Assembly: GCF_033153115.1 (NCBI RefSeq)
Contig: NW_026889754.1
Location: forward strand, 4,278,001 to 4,342,000
DNA from: Saccostrea echinata
Taxonomy: Eukaryota
Length of the DNA stretch: 64,000 bases
Direction: 5' to 3'
In this document: in pieces, positions 1 to 13,866 of the stretch
How positions within the stretch are numbered: the stretch's first letter is position 1
Layout: every line of letters begins with the position of its first letter
Translations under genes and position numbers: made by a program
Notes under the pieces: model-generated
What the model was told of the DNA's origin: nothing
The model's database searches: none
Seen by the model: the letters and a program-made list of their open reading frames with translations, nothing else

Positions 1-3000
1 GAAGAAGTACCCCATGAGAGTTTCTCACAATATCCGAATGGCCAAAACCCAGATGACATTCTGTCACATAATGCCCATGAACTGGAAGAAGAAACTGAGA
101 ACAATTCAATTAATTTTGAAAGCTATTTATTGCACAAACAAAATGAAGTAAATAATAAGGATAGATTTCTTCGTACACGCAAAACAGAAGTAGCTATTAA
201 GAGCTTCAAGAAAATTGCAAGCTCGGGTCCAACTTATATTTGCACATGTTGTACACAGACATGGTTCAGAGAAGGTGTAAAAAATGCAAATACATTGCAA
301 ACATCAGAATTCTCTAAGAAGTGTTTATTAGGCATCAAAAGTGAAGAAAACATTGAATGGGTTTGTCATACCTGTTACAGGCTCCTACAACTTAGGAAAA
401 TACCCCCTTTTGCAGTTGTGAATGGGTTTAAATTTCCAGAAATACCTTCAGAATTGAAATTAACTGAAATGGAAGAGCGTTTAATTAGTCCACGTATTCC
501 GTTTATGCAGTTGATGGAAAAACCTAGGGGAGGGCAAAAAAGCTTGCATGGGAATGTTGTTAATGTCCCCTCTGATGTAAATAAAACCATCAAATCTCTA
601 CCACGCATACTTGCAGAAACTGAAACTATTCAAGTAAAATTAAAACGAAAAATGCAATTCAAACACCATGTCTATCATGAGTCAGTAAGACCTCTCAAAT
701 GCCTTGTTGCTCTTCACTGGCTTTTAAGAAACAGTGAAATATTTCAAAGTGAGGGAATTTCTGTAAGAGAAAATTGGAATATATTGGAAGAGCAAAAAGA
801 CTGGTATGGTTATAATGAAGATTCCCTGCCAAACAGCTCCCAACCTAATGAGGCAGAAACAAAGGAGACAATTGATTATGATGATGATGAGTGGACAGAG
901 GATGAAAATTTTGAAAATAGACTCACAGGAAATACAGACACATTGTTACATCCTGTTGATGTGAGATCATCTCAAAAAATATTGTCATTTGCCCCTGGTG
1001 AAAACCAAACACCCCTCGGTCTATACCAAGATCCTAATGCTGAATATCTGGCATTTCCTACCATTTATTGTGGGCAACCACGTCCTTCAAACAAAGACAG
1101 AATGGTTCCAGTTACATACAGTTCTATTTGCAAATGGGAATTGAGGTCCCAAGACAGAAGAGCAGCATGTTCCATGCCTAATTAGTTTTTCAAACTTAAA
1201 AAGGTACAGATCAAGCAAATACAAGACAAAGTTACCCTGGCAATGAGGAAATGTAAAAATGAAGGGAAAAAAATAACAGCTGGACATGTTTTAAATCCGA
1301 GCACATTTGAGATTTGAGAACTTTGAGGGGATCACCAGCATATTGGGAAGGTGCGAAAAAAGATGTATTTGCCATGATCAGACAATTAGGCATTCCTACT
1401 TGGTTCTGCTCCTTCTCTGCTGCCGAGACAAAATGGAAGAATTTGCTTCGAATACTGAGCAAAAGCTTGAACAACACAGATCTGTCTGAAAAAGATGTTG
1501 ATGAGTTGTCTTGGATTGAAAAGTGTGAACTCATAAAAAAAGATCCTGTAACTTGTTTTAGGTATTTTGATCATCGGTTCAAAATGTTCATGTCTCATAT
1601 TCTGAAAAATCCAAGTGTACAGCAGGATTTCAAAAAAATAAGTGAAATTCTGAATGATGTGCAAATATTACAGTCCATCAAAACTTTCAATGACCTCTTA
1701 CAGAAGTTAGAAATGACAAAGGAGAGATATATCATAGCAATAAGGTCATCATTAAATTCATCTAAGGTATATCTGAAACGAGAAATATCAGAAATAAGAA
1801 TCAACTCGTACAATGACATATTGCTCAGGTCCTGGGAAGCAAATATCGATGTTCAATTCATTCTGGATGGATATGCTTGTGCAGCGTATATTGTTTCATA
1901 TATTTCAAAATCTCAGAAAGGCATGTCAAATTTGCTGCATGATGCTTGTGAAGAAGCCAGAAAAGGCAACTTCTCTTTGAAACAGCAAGTTAGACAAATA
2001 GGAAACAAATTCTTGACTCATGTCGAAATTTGCGCCCAGGAAGCTGCATATTTGCTATTGCAAATGCCTCTCCGCTCCAGCAGTAGAACTGTGATTTTCA
2101 TCAACACAAGTGAACCACAAAATCGCACTTTCCTACTAAAGTCTCTTGAAGCTCTCCAAGAATTACCTGAAAATTCTACAGATATTGAAACAGACAACTG
2201 GATTAAACGTTACCAAAGAAGACCAAGAGTTCTGCAAAATTACTGTTTAGCTGATTTTGTATCAAAATTTGATGTTGTTAGACCTCCAAAAGAAAAACAA
2301 CACAAGGACAATGATGTGTTACCGGAAGATGATTTTGAAGAGGTGAATGACGATGATTCAGAGGAAAATGATTGTTTGAATCTTGTGGACGAAAAGGAGT
2401 ATCCCATGAATGATGGGTCAATACTGAAATTAAGAAAAACAAGTAAGATAATAAGATATGTGCACTACAATAAACAACAAGATCCAGAAAACTATTACAG
2501 AGAGCAGCTCATGCTTTTTTACCGCTGGAGAAAAGAGGAGGAAGACCTGAAGGGAAGTGATGGTTCTTACGAGTCATGTTACCAGAAACACGCTGAAATA
2601 CTTTTATCAAACAAGATGCCCTATGAAGTGGACAATGGTGTAACTCATGTTATTGAAGAAACTATGGATCATATCTCCTGCGGTATTGATCACATTGTTG
2701 CAGCAGAAATACAACACAGTGAAGCAATAGACATTGAGGAAGATGAGAATGTTTGTCCAGACTATGGTTGTTTCAATCCTGATATGGCTGGTGTCGAATA
2801 TGACTTGGGGATGGATTTGGGGATAACAAGAAAACAAGTGGAGAAGAATGACATCTTAGTGAATTCCATGGATAACGCTGAATACAATGCCCTTGTGAGA
2901 AAACTGAATAATAAACAGAAGATTTTCTTTTATCATGTTCTGCACAAAGTAAAAACTGACGATTTGCCAATCTATTGTTTTTTTTTAACAGGAGGTGCTG

Positions 3001-5042
3001 GTGTAGGAAAAAGCTTACTGACAACATGCCTTTTTCAACCATTTCACGTTTTCTTTCAAAGCGAATTGCAGATAACTGTGACGAGGTAAAAGCTGTTTTA
3101 TGCGCACCTACTGGAAAAGCTGCATACAACATAGGAGGACATACAATACACTCCCTTTTCTGCATTCCAGCAAATCAAAATTTGAAATACAAACCCCTAG
3201 ATGCTCAGCAACTTGACAGGATGAGGGTTAAGTTTCGAAGTTTAAAAATTGTCTTTATTGATGAAGTTTTCATGGTTGGAAATAGGATGTTCAGTTTTAT
3301 AAATTTGAGACTTCAGGAAATTTTTGGAAAAGACAGTCCTTTTGGAGGAGTAAGCATCATAGCAATAGGTGATTTATTCCAACTGAAGCCAGTGTTTGAT
3401 GGTTGGGTGTTTGAAAACATTTCTGATGGGTATGGACCACTTGCACTTAATCTTCGGACTGATTTTTTTCAAATATATGAATTGACAGAAATAATGAGGC
3501 AAAGAGATGACCAGGACTTTGCAGAGTTGCTGAATACACTCCGAGAAGGTGTACATACTGCTTCAGATATTGACGTGTTGAAAAGCAGAATTTGCAGCAA
3601 GACAGACATTCAAGATATCAATTTTATTCCACATTTGTATACAACAAATGTGAAAGTAAATAGTCACAATGATGAAGCTTTTGCAAATGCCTCACCTGAA
3701 AGTAAATGTATTGTTTTGGCATTAGACACAGTGAATGGCGATATTACAAGTGAAATCAAAGTGAAGATTCTCAACCAAGTGCCTGATGATCCATCAAAAA
3801 CAATGGGATTATTCAGAGAGTTACATTTAGCAATTGGGCACCCTGCAGAAATTTGCATAAATGTTGACGTGGAAGATGGCCTAACAAATGGAAGCCCCTG
3901 CATTGTTAAGAAATTAGACTTCAGAATTGCAAGTTCTAACAGATGTAGCATAGTATTGGTTTTGTTTGATGACTCAAGAACAGGATATGCTGCAAGATTA
4001 AAGTACAGGCATTTGTACAATGAACACATTCCAAGTTCTTGGACACCTGTTCTTGAAGTGTCCAAGAAATTCACTGTTGGTAGACATAAATCTTGTCATG
4101 TAACTAGAAGACAATTTCCATTACGTCTGGGATGTGCAAAAACAGTCCACAAAGCTCAGGGATCCACTCTTAAACATGTTGTGTTAGATTTAGGATCTAG
4201 AAAGCAAGAGCATATTCATTATGTTGGATTAAGTCGAGTAAGAAAGTTACAAGACTTGTTTATCCTGAATCTGAATGAAAATAAAATTGCTGTGTCAGAA
4301 CAAGTTATTGAGGAAATGAATCGCTTGCGTCTTGAAGCTCCATTATGGGCATGTTTACCAATACTTGAGAGTTTAACGTCTGATGTGAAAGTAATATATC
4401 ACAACAGCAGATCTCTGCATTTGCATCATAGAGATTTATTGACAGAGCACAATATGCTCTCTGCTGACATCATTGCAATATCTGAGAGTAGACTCAAATC
4501 AAGTGACAAGAATGAAGACTACAAATTGCCAGGCTTCACTATTCCTCGCTTTTATTCAAACACAGAAAATGACAAAGAAAGACCCTATTATGGAATAGTT
4601 ATTTATTCTAGAAAACAATTAAAAGATGTCAAAAATCTTTGTTTATGTGGCATTTAAGTGGTAATGTGCTCTATCCAGATAAAAGATGAGATTGTCCAGT
4701 TAGTGTTCTTTTACTGTCCACCGAGGTTTGCAACAATCAAAAATTTCCTGCTCTTCATAGCCTCCCTCCTATCTTTGGGTTTGTTGGATATTATGAAACC
4801 TGTTGTTGTGATGGGGGACACAAATATTGACTACTTTTCCCAAAAAGAACTAGAACTGTTGGTAAAGGGTATGAATGTTTCACTACGTCAAATAATGCAT
4901 AGTTGTACAACAGATTATGGTAGTTGTTTGGATCACATATATACAAATAGGCACTTCTGATAATTTCAGAGGTATTTCATGTGCTACTTTAGAATCATTT
5001 AACTCTGACCACAAACCCATTGTTGCATATATACCAGTGTAA
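1..5042 (+). mobile_element. Helentron/Helitron2-like RepHel gene (Rep + PIF1 helicase + C-terminal APE/EEP endonuclease), broken by stops and frameshifts
   Basis: Consecutive ORFs 130-1185, 1314-3089, 2975-4657 and 4658-4960. Rep-type segments LRGSPAYW, QLGIPTWFCSFSAAE and YIVSYISK. PIF1 motifs GGAGVGKS, APTGKAA, IDEV, GDLFQLKPV, MRQ, TVHKAQG and YVGLSRV. EEP motifs HNSRSL, IAISE, GDTN, DHIY and SDH (~5005). Confidence 0.9.
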
Positions 5043-5292
5043 GGTTCTTTGTTGTGAATTTTAACTACTTGCAGAACATTTCTGAGGCATATATTAACAT
5101 TACAGTGGGACAAAATGTTAGTATTCTTAAAACAATAATGACCACTTTCTTGATGTAAACTAAGAATAGAAAAAAATTGGACAGTCTGTCTGATTTATTT
5201 ACCAGGGTAAAACAATTATATTGAGTGTTTTTATATTTTACTTTTAATCATATTCTGCAAAATTTTCTCAAGCTTATAATATTGTCTTTCAG

Positions 5293-6712
5293 ATGCAACA
5301 CAAGACTCTAAGAGAATTGCAGGGCTCCAAACCTGGAGACACTGCACCCTACCCGACAGCCATGGTAAAGGTCAATGTTGTGAAAGTAGGGCATACAGCC
5401 ACTTTCACTAACAGCAGTGGAGAGAAAGGACAGATTATAAATTTCAGTGTAACTGAGGCCATGGTGGCAACTTTAAGTGATGAATCCAAATTCAACCAGA
5501 TCAGAGAAGGGCGATCTTTAACCATCAGAAATTTTCTAGTTAAAGGAAGTCGACTTGTCCTCTCCAAGCAGTCTAAAATTATGGCAGGTCAGGCTGTGCC
5601 AGTTCCACCCACCCTAGCTGCAAAGGGCATCACAGTTATCATGCCGCCATCCCCAACAAAGAGTTTGAAAGAAGTGCTGCAGGCCCCTATCAAATCGCTA
5701 CTGACAGTTCAGGGAGAAGTTATTAAGGTAAGCCTATAAAATATATGATCTATTAAATATACATTTACTCTCTTTCATTTTATCTCACTTTTTCTTAAAA
5801 CTAATTTTTGGGCCACTATAATATTTTTGTATTGTTATTCAGCATGTATATTTCTTTAAACAGGATGAGGCAATAAAAACCGTACAGGTGAGTCAAGTTG
5901 AGACCAAAGTCAGAACTCTGACTATTCAAGATAACGAAACGCAAGTGGAACTGACTCTCTGGACGGAATTAGCCAACCAAACCATAACAATTGGGGATTA
6001 CATAGAAGTGACCCATTGCATAGTTGCTGAATGGCAGCGAAGAAAAACTCTAAATTCCACCAGAAACACAGCAATTAAGGTATCTACTTTGCAAAGACGT
6101 AAACTTTTCTGGTTTTAAAATTCTCATTCTTTTTCAGCCAAATGTACAAAAAATTCAATTTATGCTTACTAAATTGAAAATTTCAGCCTCACAGTAAACA
6201 CAAATTTCTGGAAATTAATAAAATTGTATCAGTATGAAAGGCATTGTATGATATGCTTCAGGTCTGATTTTCATCTCTTTCTTTAGTGACATTCAATCAA
6301 AAAAAATTTTTTTAAACAAACTGTGTTGATTCACAGGGCCCATAAAAGTGGGTGTCTTAAATATATCTTAAGTTTCCTTGGTAAATAAATAATATGGAAA
6401 TTGGTAGTTGTTGATGATGATGCTAAAATTTCACTTTTGTCCATAAAGAAGACACAGCCTCGTGAGAGACAGGTGATTGGGGAAGTTCAAGCCATTTCCT
6501 TTGGGGACACCACATGTGAAGTCTGCCTTCTTGAAGATGCTGTGTATAGGGATTATGTTGTAGACATAAGCATGATTAGGGCCCAGCTACAAAGATTTGG
6601 AGATGTGTCGCAGTACACAAATCAACAGATGGAAGACGTTATTGTGCAGAAGTTGCCATTCCCAGTGAAACTTACGGCCATCGGAATGACTGTCCAGAGC
6701 ATTGAACTTTAA
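5293..6712 (+). CDS. Three-exon tandem OB-fold (RPA70-like) ssDNA-binding protein, ~304 aa, probable Helitron accessory gene
   Basis: Exons 5293-5727, 5864-6079 and 6449-6712 join via phase-0 GT..AG introns into one open frame. OB-like patterns VKVNVVKV, LTVQGEVIK and RTLTIQD..VELTLW. RPA-like genes beside RepHel are known in Helitrons. Confidence 0.7.
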
Positions 6713-9654
6713 GGTTTCTTATTGGACATAAAATACTGATGAAAGACAAACTTGCATAATGTACAAATAATCCAGTCATGAAGTTTCTGATGTTCTATAT
6801 GATATAGTGTTGTATCTCTATCATTTTTAAGAAAGTTCAATCCCACATACAATATCAGTAAAACACTGTATTTATCTTATTTAAATTGCAAGTAATGTAC
6901 ATTAAATGCACTTAATTTTTATATATACCTGCTGGTGATATTGTATTTTCTCACTGATGTGACATCTGATCAGACAAAAGTTTTTCATTCACATTTATTA
7001 TAAACAAATTCTACATATAGATATCTATTTATATGTACAGAGTGCTTTGTTTTCCTGATTACCAATTACCATTTAAACTTGAGTTTTAAGGCTATGATTT
7101 GTTATTTCATCTGTACACAGGAAACCAAAATGTGCCAATATACATATCTTTTACATTTTATGCAATCTCATGTGCTGTTAATATGCATCAACTGAACTTC
7201 AGGGCCAAAGTATGTTATTCCATTTGATTTCTTTCACCATCCCTGTAAATATATATTACTTTTGACTTAACAGACATGTTTGTATGTGTTCAAGTTCCTA
7301 CTGGTGCTACTTCTTCATATTGAGAAAAAGTTAATATACCTGGACTGCACTACTCCATAGTATGTTGTTGTGTTTTGTGTCTCTGTAAATATTATACTTT
7401 TATTTATTATGTCCCATATATATTTCTAGTGAATACAAACTTTTTTGTGTCATTTTTACTGTTCTCAGAAAGTTCAGTGCCCTGACTGTACTCTGTCATA
7501 GTGTGTAGTTATCCTGTAGGAATGTTTTCGATGTAAATATTTTTTTTCCCCAGATATGGCAAAGATGTGGTTTATGTGATCAAGCTTTTTATTTGTGTGA
7601 TTGCTTAATGTGTATGGACTAAACTTTGTCATATGTAATTATGCTGTTTAATTTGTTTTTCTGTCATTTTTTAGTATTATACTTTTGATATGCAATATGA
7701 CTCTTATGTTTTCACATTTTAATGTGTACATTTTTCCCTTTTCTCAAACAGTAATGTGCAAGGATTGCATAATACCATTGAATGTAACTATCCTGTTTGA
7801 TATGATTCTCTGGCAATCTGTTCCTTAATTATTGTATCTTTTATCCAACAAGTATGAGGTTTATGCCTACAAACTATTACTTGTGCAATTTTGACATATT
7901 CCTAAACAGTTTATGTCTGTACCTTTGTGCCAAATTCTCCAATCACTCTATTTGATTTGTTGACTATTATGTCCCTAGAAATATTACACCAGGGTACTTC
8001 TCTTAACAAAACATGCTATGTTTAAAACATACATTATCATATTATAAGAAATTATTGCCACATTGTTTTCTTTCAATGACTAGAAATCATGCCTTCATTT
8101 CCCACATGTTAACAAGAAAATCCATTCACATCATAGATTAGTCTTTTCACATGTAGAGAAATTCTTTGTTCCTCTGTAGCATATCATAGCATTTTTTTCA
8201 ACATATATTTTTATCTACATTCCATACATTGTGTGCATTATAAAAAAAATACTTCTTTTCAAATGTTGTAAATATGTCTACAGTTTTGTCTTGTTTGAAT
8301 AGGAAATTCCTGTTGCTTGGTTTATTATTAGGTACAGATGTTTTACATATGTAGTATTACAAGTATTGTGAATGAACTACCTGAGTGGTATACAAAGCTG
8401 AAAATTCTTTTTCAATAATACATGTATATACTTGTGATTACCTTGTTCCTTTCCTCAAACATTTTTAAAGACATTTTTGTGCCATTTTAACTTGTTCTTT
8501 ATTCACCTTGTTTCAATAAAAATATTTCCATTATTTCTCCCTCTTGTTTCTCTATTCAAACTAATTGAAGCATAAGAGAAAAAAGTGAGAGTACTCTTCA
8601 TTCTTACAATAATTTAGATAAGGCCAACTTGAAATAGTGTTTGTTTGCCCTCTCCTGTCCAGAATGGAAAAATTGGGTCAGAAGGTAGTTGGGAAAATTA
8701 TTTTCTCAAAAATTTCAACAACAATGCTTATTTCTCAAAATCTGTTTTCCGGATTACATAAAATATAATGCATGTACTTGTTTCCTGGATGTTATAAAAA
8801 AAATTTTTAGTCAGGCCATTTTTAGTCCATCAATCAAGGGAATGCAACCAAAGTTTTAAGATGGCCTAATCTAATTTTCTAAAACATGAAGGTGTACTTG
8901 AATGTGAAAATGGCGATTTAAAAGCTGAGATTAGTTTCCCTTCCATCCGACAGTATATGTAATGGAACTTCTTGAACATGCTGATATTGCATATATCAAA
9001 TTCAATTTGTAACGTTCCCCTGCATTCTAACTACCTAAATACTGTACTCTTATCCCCCCCTCCCCTCTTATCTGCTCCAACATTTAGTTGCTAACCAGCA
9101 TTTCACTGACTTTTAACTGAAATAAAAACATGTCTTACTTGCTACAGTATATGATTGAACAAGACATGTGTACAGCACTTCACTTATAACCATGATATGA
9201 CATTGCTTATATAAGATCCCACTATATCTCCAAAAAAAAAGTCTTCCAGTTTTGGCACTTTAGGAAGGTATTTTGTACTTTGTACACATAATTTCTTGAA
9301 CAAATTTACACGCAATTGAATTTCAATTTCTACAAAAGCATTGTTCAAATAATTGATAGCTACCTGTTTGTGGCATGATTTTCCCAAACTTTTATCCATT
9401 ATTGCAATTACCATTGCAAAATATACAAGTACTAAACAATTCTACACACACTTCCAGCAAAATCATGGTTTGTTATATTTCCAAACCCGTCTTACCTTCA
9501 AACCTTACTCTGGCAAAATACCTTTCACATAGCAAATTTCAAAACAATTTCACAACTCCCATTCATTAATGTTTATACATTGTATATTCATATGCTTACA
9601 CACCACCCATGCCACCGTCTATCAGTACTATCAGTACTTTGATTCATACTAATT

Positions 9655-9860
9655 GTTATGCCATTATTTACACACTGACGATGTTTTTTTCCCGTTTTTT
9701 ACCGATTGTGACAAGGAGCACACGGCGGGTGTTGCCAGTCGGCAGGGGATGCTCATTCCTCCGTGGCACCTGATCCCACCTCTAAATTCTGAGGTCCGTG
9801 TTTGCTCTGCTCCCAGTTTGTATTGTTGTAATGGCACTGTTCGTTATCTCCATATTTCAC
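9655..9860 (+). repeat. Isolated 3' end of a Naiad-type Penelope-like element
   Basis: Aligns with 32520-32742 (ccattatttacacactga ... gacaaggagcacacg ... ggcacctgatcccacctct ... gaggtccgtgtttgctctgctcc). Confidence 0.8.
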
Positions 9861-9949
9861 TGTAAAACTATATGATTTTTTTAGATAAGCTCATTATTAC
9901 ATCAATTTGCAAATTAATATAAGAATGCAAAAATGATGTACCAGAAAAA

Positions 9950-10400
9950 TATCTCAACAGCGTCATCCTGTCTGTAATGTTGCTTGTGAGTATTAATGTT
10001 ATATGTCAAAAATGTGTCTTGAAACCCATTCAAGATCGTGATCTTCCAGATGAAGTATCTGGCACACTGTAGCTAGGTAATTTCTAAGTCGACTAGGTGA
10101 AATTAGGTACGATTGCTCACAACCATCTTCTTTTGCCAACTTGTTTATGGACGTCCAGGAGTTTACATGGTGAATTGCAAACAAAGAGGTTCGATGAGTT
10201 GATTCCGCAACCATCTGTGTTTCATTAGACAATCTTATGTAAAAATCATGGTTTCAGTGAGCAGAACTGGGCACCATTCCTTTTTGTTCTGCTTCCCTTG
10301 TGTTTCCACCATATATATTCTGGTTCAAAAAAAGTCAATTAAACAAACAGCTTACTTTCTTTCTTGCTCTTCATTGCATTTTCTAAACGATCAAGTTGTC
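9950..10400 (-). pseudogene. Tyrosine-recombinase-like catalytic-domain fragment
   Basis: ORF 9999-10232 has SRLRNYLATVCQIL..LEWVSRH (degenerate HxLR..xGH pattern); upstream GKQNKK..PVLLT segment; frameshifted. Confidence 0.5.
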
Positions 10401-10784
10401 CCTCCTTGAAAGCCTGGACCGTTACACAGGGGAAATGAATTAGCATTAAGTGGGTGCCTACTGCATATTTTTTGCAGGAATAAAGAAGGTAACAAAGTAT
10501 CAGGAATTTTAATTCTTTTTAAAATCCAGATCTGATAATCGTATATATAATTGTTATACATAAAAGAGGTAATGAATACCAGTTTTTAGATTTATTTAGA
10601 CAATGTTTTATGTTTTGTAGGCAAAGTAGTTATTTGTTTAAAAAGTAACATACTTTAAAAAATGTGTATCTCGTCTCGACTGCGAAACATATTTCCCTCC
10701 ATTGATTTATTTAAACCAATTTAAAAAAAAAGAAGACAAGAACACTAAACCTAGAAATCTGAACTTTTCTGAAATAAAGTGCAC

Positions 10785-10935
10785 GACAGGCATTGTCACG
10801 ATAAAGATCCCTCACTGATCATTAGCCCTGAGTGCTGAGTAAAGGTCAAAATTTGAAGCCCTTCACCAGTATATGGTGACGTCTCCATATGATTGAAAAT
10901 TCTTGAATGTGACGTAAAACGACATACAATCAATA
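10785..10935 (+). mobile_element. Partial (3') copy of tRNA-derived SINE
   Basis: Similar to the reverse complement of 11507-11660 (aaagatccctcactg ... ggtgacgtctccatatga ... catacaatcaat). Confidence 0.7.
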
Positions 10936-11506
10936 AAAGCAATCCAATATGCCCGGAAGCAGAGAAGATTTTCAAAGAAATACTGCATGTTCACTTCTGA
11001 TTTAACACAACCCTTCCCTAAGGTTGATGAAATTTACAAATTTGGAAGAGGTACCTCATTATAATAACAATAAAATTAGTTGGAGATTTTGAAAGAATTC
11101 ACACATTTTCACTTTATTATCAATTGAGCCCTCCTCCCCGAGAAACACCAGAACCCCTGGGACCAAAAAACTTAACACTTTAAAACACCACAATTTTTAA
11201 AATTTTGTAAGAAACAACTTTGCTCATCACAACTATGCACTTTGATTATCTGCTCAATACACAGTAGCAGACAAATTAATGCATTTTCACATATTGTTAA
11301 GGACCCACCCTTACACCAGAACATCTGACCCAGGGGCCATGAAACTCACAATTCTGGAAGAAGCCACTATACACTTGTTTATTTGCTTTATAACTAGGAG
11401 TAGAAAACATTTTTTGAAAGAAATTCGCATTTTCACTATATACGTAATCAATATAACCCCCACTCACCAGAACTCCCCACCCCTGGACCATGAATTCTAC
11501 AATTTC

Positions 11507-11805
11507 GATTGATTGTATGCTGTTTAACGTCCCTCTCAAGAATGTTTCACTCATATGGAGACGCCACCACTTGCCGGTGGAGAGCTGCAAATTTTGTCCT
11601 ATACTCGGCACTTAGGGCCATTGAGCAGTGAGGGGTCTTTTTCGTGCCAGCACCTACTGCGACACGGGGCCTCGGTTTATACGGTCTCATCTGAAGGACC
11701 GGTCTCCACGTCCCACAGTGGGATTCAAACCCGCGACGTAAGGATCAATTCCTTACTTCGCGACTCTAGAACAGACGCTCTAACCACTGCACCAAGCCGG
11801 CGACT
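11507..11805 (-). mobile_element. tRNA-derived SINE, near full length (V-SINE-like)
   Basis: Minus strand has A box TGGTGCAGTGG, B box GGTTTGAATCC, central ggtccttcagatgagaccgtataaaccgagg segment and a CAAT-repeat tail. Confidence 0.8.
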
Positions 11806-12267
11806 ACCACAATTTCGAAAGAGGCATAATTGCTTATCATAACGATGCACCTCCTTTGTTTCAATTATAGGAGTCAATTCCCACTCTAAAATATTTTCAT
11901 TTTTACCCAGGTTAGTTCCGAAATACAATTGTTCTGGACCAAGGTTAACTTACTTCAATAAAACTTGTTAAGTTTTCCAACAATTTATTATGACAATAAA
12001 CATGCAATAATACTGAAAATCACGTAATACCTGATTCAGGTGGAAAAGTTGTCAACTCTAGTCTTTGAGTAGATACACTACTGATAATTTAAAGATTTGT
12101 CATGATTTAAATAGCCAGAAGAATAAAAGAAATGAAAGTGGCCAATAGATACTTTTGATGCTTGACTGACAATTGACCACCGATAGCCAAAGTATACCCC
12201 TCGATAAAGCTGAATTAAACTGAATACCTTTAATTCTATTGAATGCTTAAAGTGAAATCTACAATAC

Positions 12268-12550
12268 TCCTCCCCCCAAATTTTAGGAAATATATACATT
12301 TACTAAATGAATTTCTACTGAAGATGCATTTAATTAAAATTAATCTTTTGAATAAAAGTTAATTATATTTGAAATAAGATTAAAATGTATAATAAAAAAT
12401 AAATTTCCTCCCAAATTTTAGGAAATAATTACATTAACTAAAAGAATTTCTACTCAAGATGCACTTAATTAAAATTAATCTTTTCAATAAAAGTATATTA
12501 TACATGTATTTGAAATAAGATTCAAAAGTATAATCAAAAATAAATTTTAA
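12268..12550. repeat. Imperfect ~140-bp tandem duplication
   Basis: ccaaattttaggaaata ... gaatttctact.aagatgca ... aattaaaattaatctttt ... tttgaaataagatt occurs twice. Confidence 0.7.
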
Positions 12551-12623
12551 CAATGAAAAAATATCAACAAAATTAAGTTATATACTTATAAATATACAAT
12601 TAATATAACGATTAACAAAAACA

Positions 12624-12624
<1 letters not shown>

Positions 12625-12677
<53 letters not shown>
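12625..12677. repeat. (TA)n microsatellite
   Basis: Direct inspection; similar tracts at ~34086-34139 and ~40412-40452. Confidence 0.95.
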
Positions 12678-12680
<3 letters not shown>

Positions 12681-12984
12681 GATCTCCCATGATTTGTAGT
12701 TGGATATGATCTTTATCCAACGAGTTGTGTGTTTTTTATAAAAACACACAACGAGTTGGATAAAAGTCATATCCAACTACAAATCATTGGAGATTCTTTT
12801 TATCCCATGTTTATTACTTCACAACCAATGTTTTACACTGTTTTATATAGGACTCCACTTTATTTTACATCATCACGCTAACGCAAAAACCATTGTGACG
12901 TCACAACTGCACTTAACTGTGGATTATGAAAAAATTATCCAATGAGTCATATCCACGGGATAAAGGGGTAAACATGGGATAAAT
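12677..12984. mobile_element. Hairpin-type non-autonomous element (possibly Crypton-like)
   Basis: ~120-bp palindrome 12677-12797, then inverted pair tttatcccatgttta (~12798) / taaacatgggataaa (~12970-12984). Confidence 0.55.
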
Positions 12985-13064
12985 ATATATACAAAAATAT
13001 AACTTCATATATATAATTATTTGCAAAAAATGACTGTTTTCCACCTGTCAAGAAGGCTTCCATC

Positions 13065-13866
13065 ATTAATCAACAAATTTATACAACTCGTAAATATACT
13101 TACCTTGTCATTGGTCATTTGCAAAATTATTTTGTTAAAAACATCCTGATTATACACACAAGTACTCTGAAGTTGACATTTAAAAGATGCTTGAGTTTCT
13201 GATTGACAATATCTATGTGGTTTTTGGAGACCAGGTCTTCCAACAATCTATTGGAATACCCATGGGTACCAATTGCGCCTCGTTATTGGCAGACCTTTTT
13301 TTGTATTCATATGAAGCAGACTTTGTCCAAAATCTTGTACGTGAAAAGAAGAAAACACTTGCTGTGGCCTTCAACTCGACATTTAGATATATCGATGATG
13401 TATTGTCAATTAACAATGGCTATTTCCATTCTTATGTCGGTACGATATATCCTGGTGAGCTCGAGATAAAAGATACCACAGAGTCTGACACATCTGTTTC
13501 ATAATTGGATATCTTACTACTAAGCTTTATGATAAACGTGAGGACTTTAACTTTTCAATCGTCAACTTCCCTTACTTATGCGGCAAAATACCTTCATCAC
13601 CTGCATACGGGGTATATATCTCTCAGTTGATTCGATACGCAAGAGCATGCTCTACGTATGTACAATTTCTAAAACAAGTTGATGAAACAAGAATATTAGC
13701 TGTCTCGTTTAAAGTCATCATTTCGTAAGTTCTATGGTCGATACAATGACCTTGTCAGCAAATACAATTTATCATTGAGTCAAATGCTGACTGACGTTTT
13801 TCATACTAATTATTAGGCCATTATTTACACACTGAATTGTCGACGGATTTTTCCGTTATTTCCCGA
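13065..13866 (+). pseudogene. Naiad-type Penelope-like RT fragment, second copy
   Basis: GIPMGTNCA and FRYIDD motifs; highly similar to 31740-32565 with two short deletions. Confidence 0.9.

Noticed and set aside
11720-11805. tRNA gene
   Set aside because: A and B boxes are present but continue into a SINE body and tail; no clean cloverleaf.
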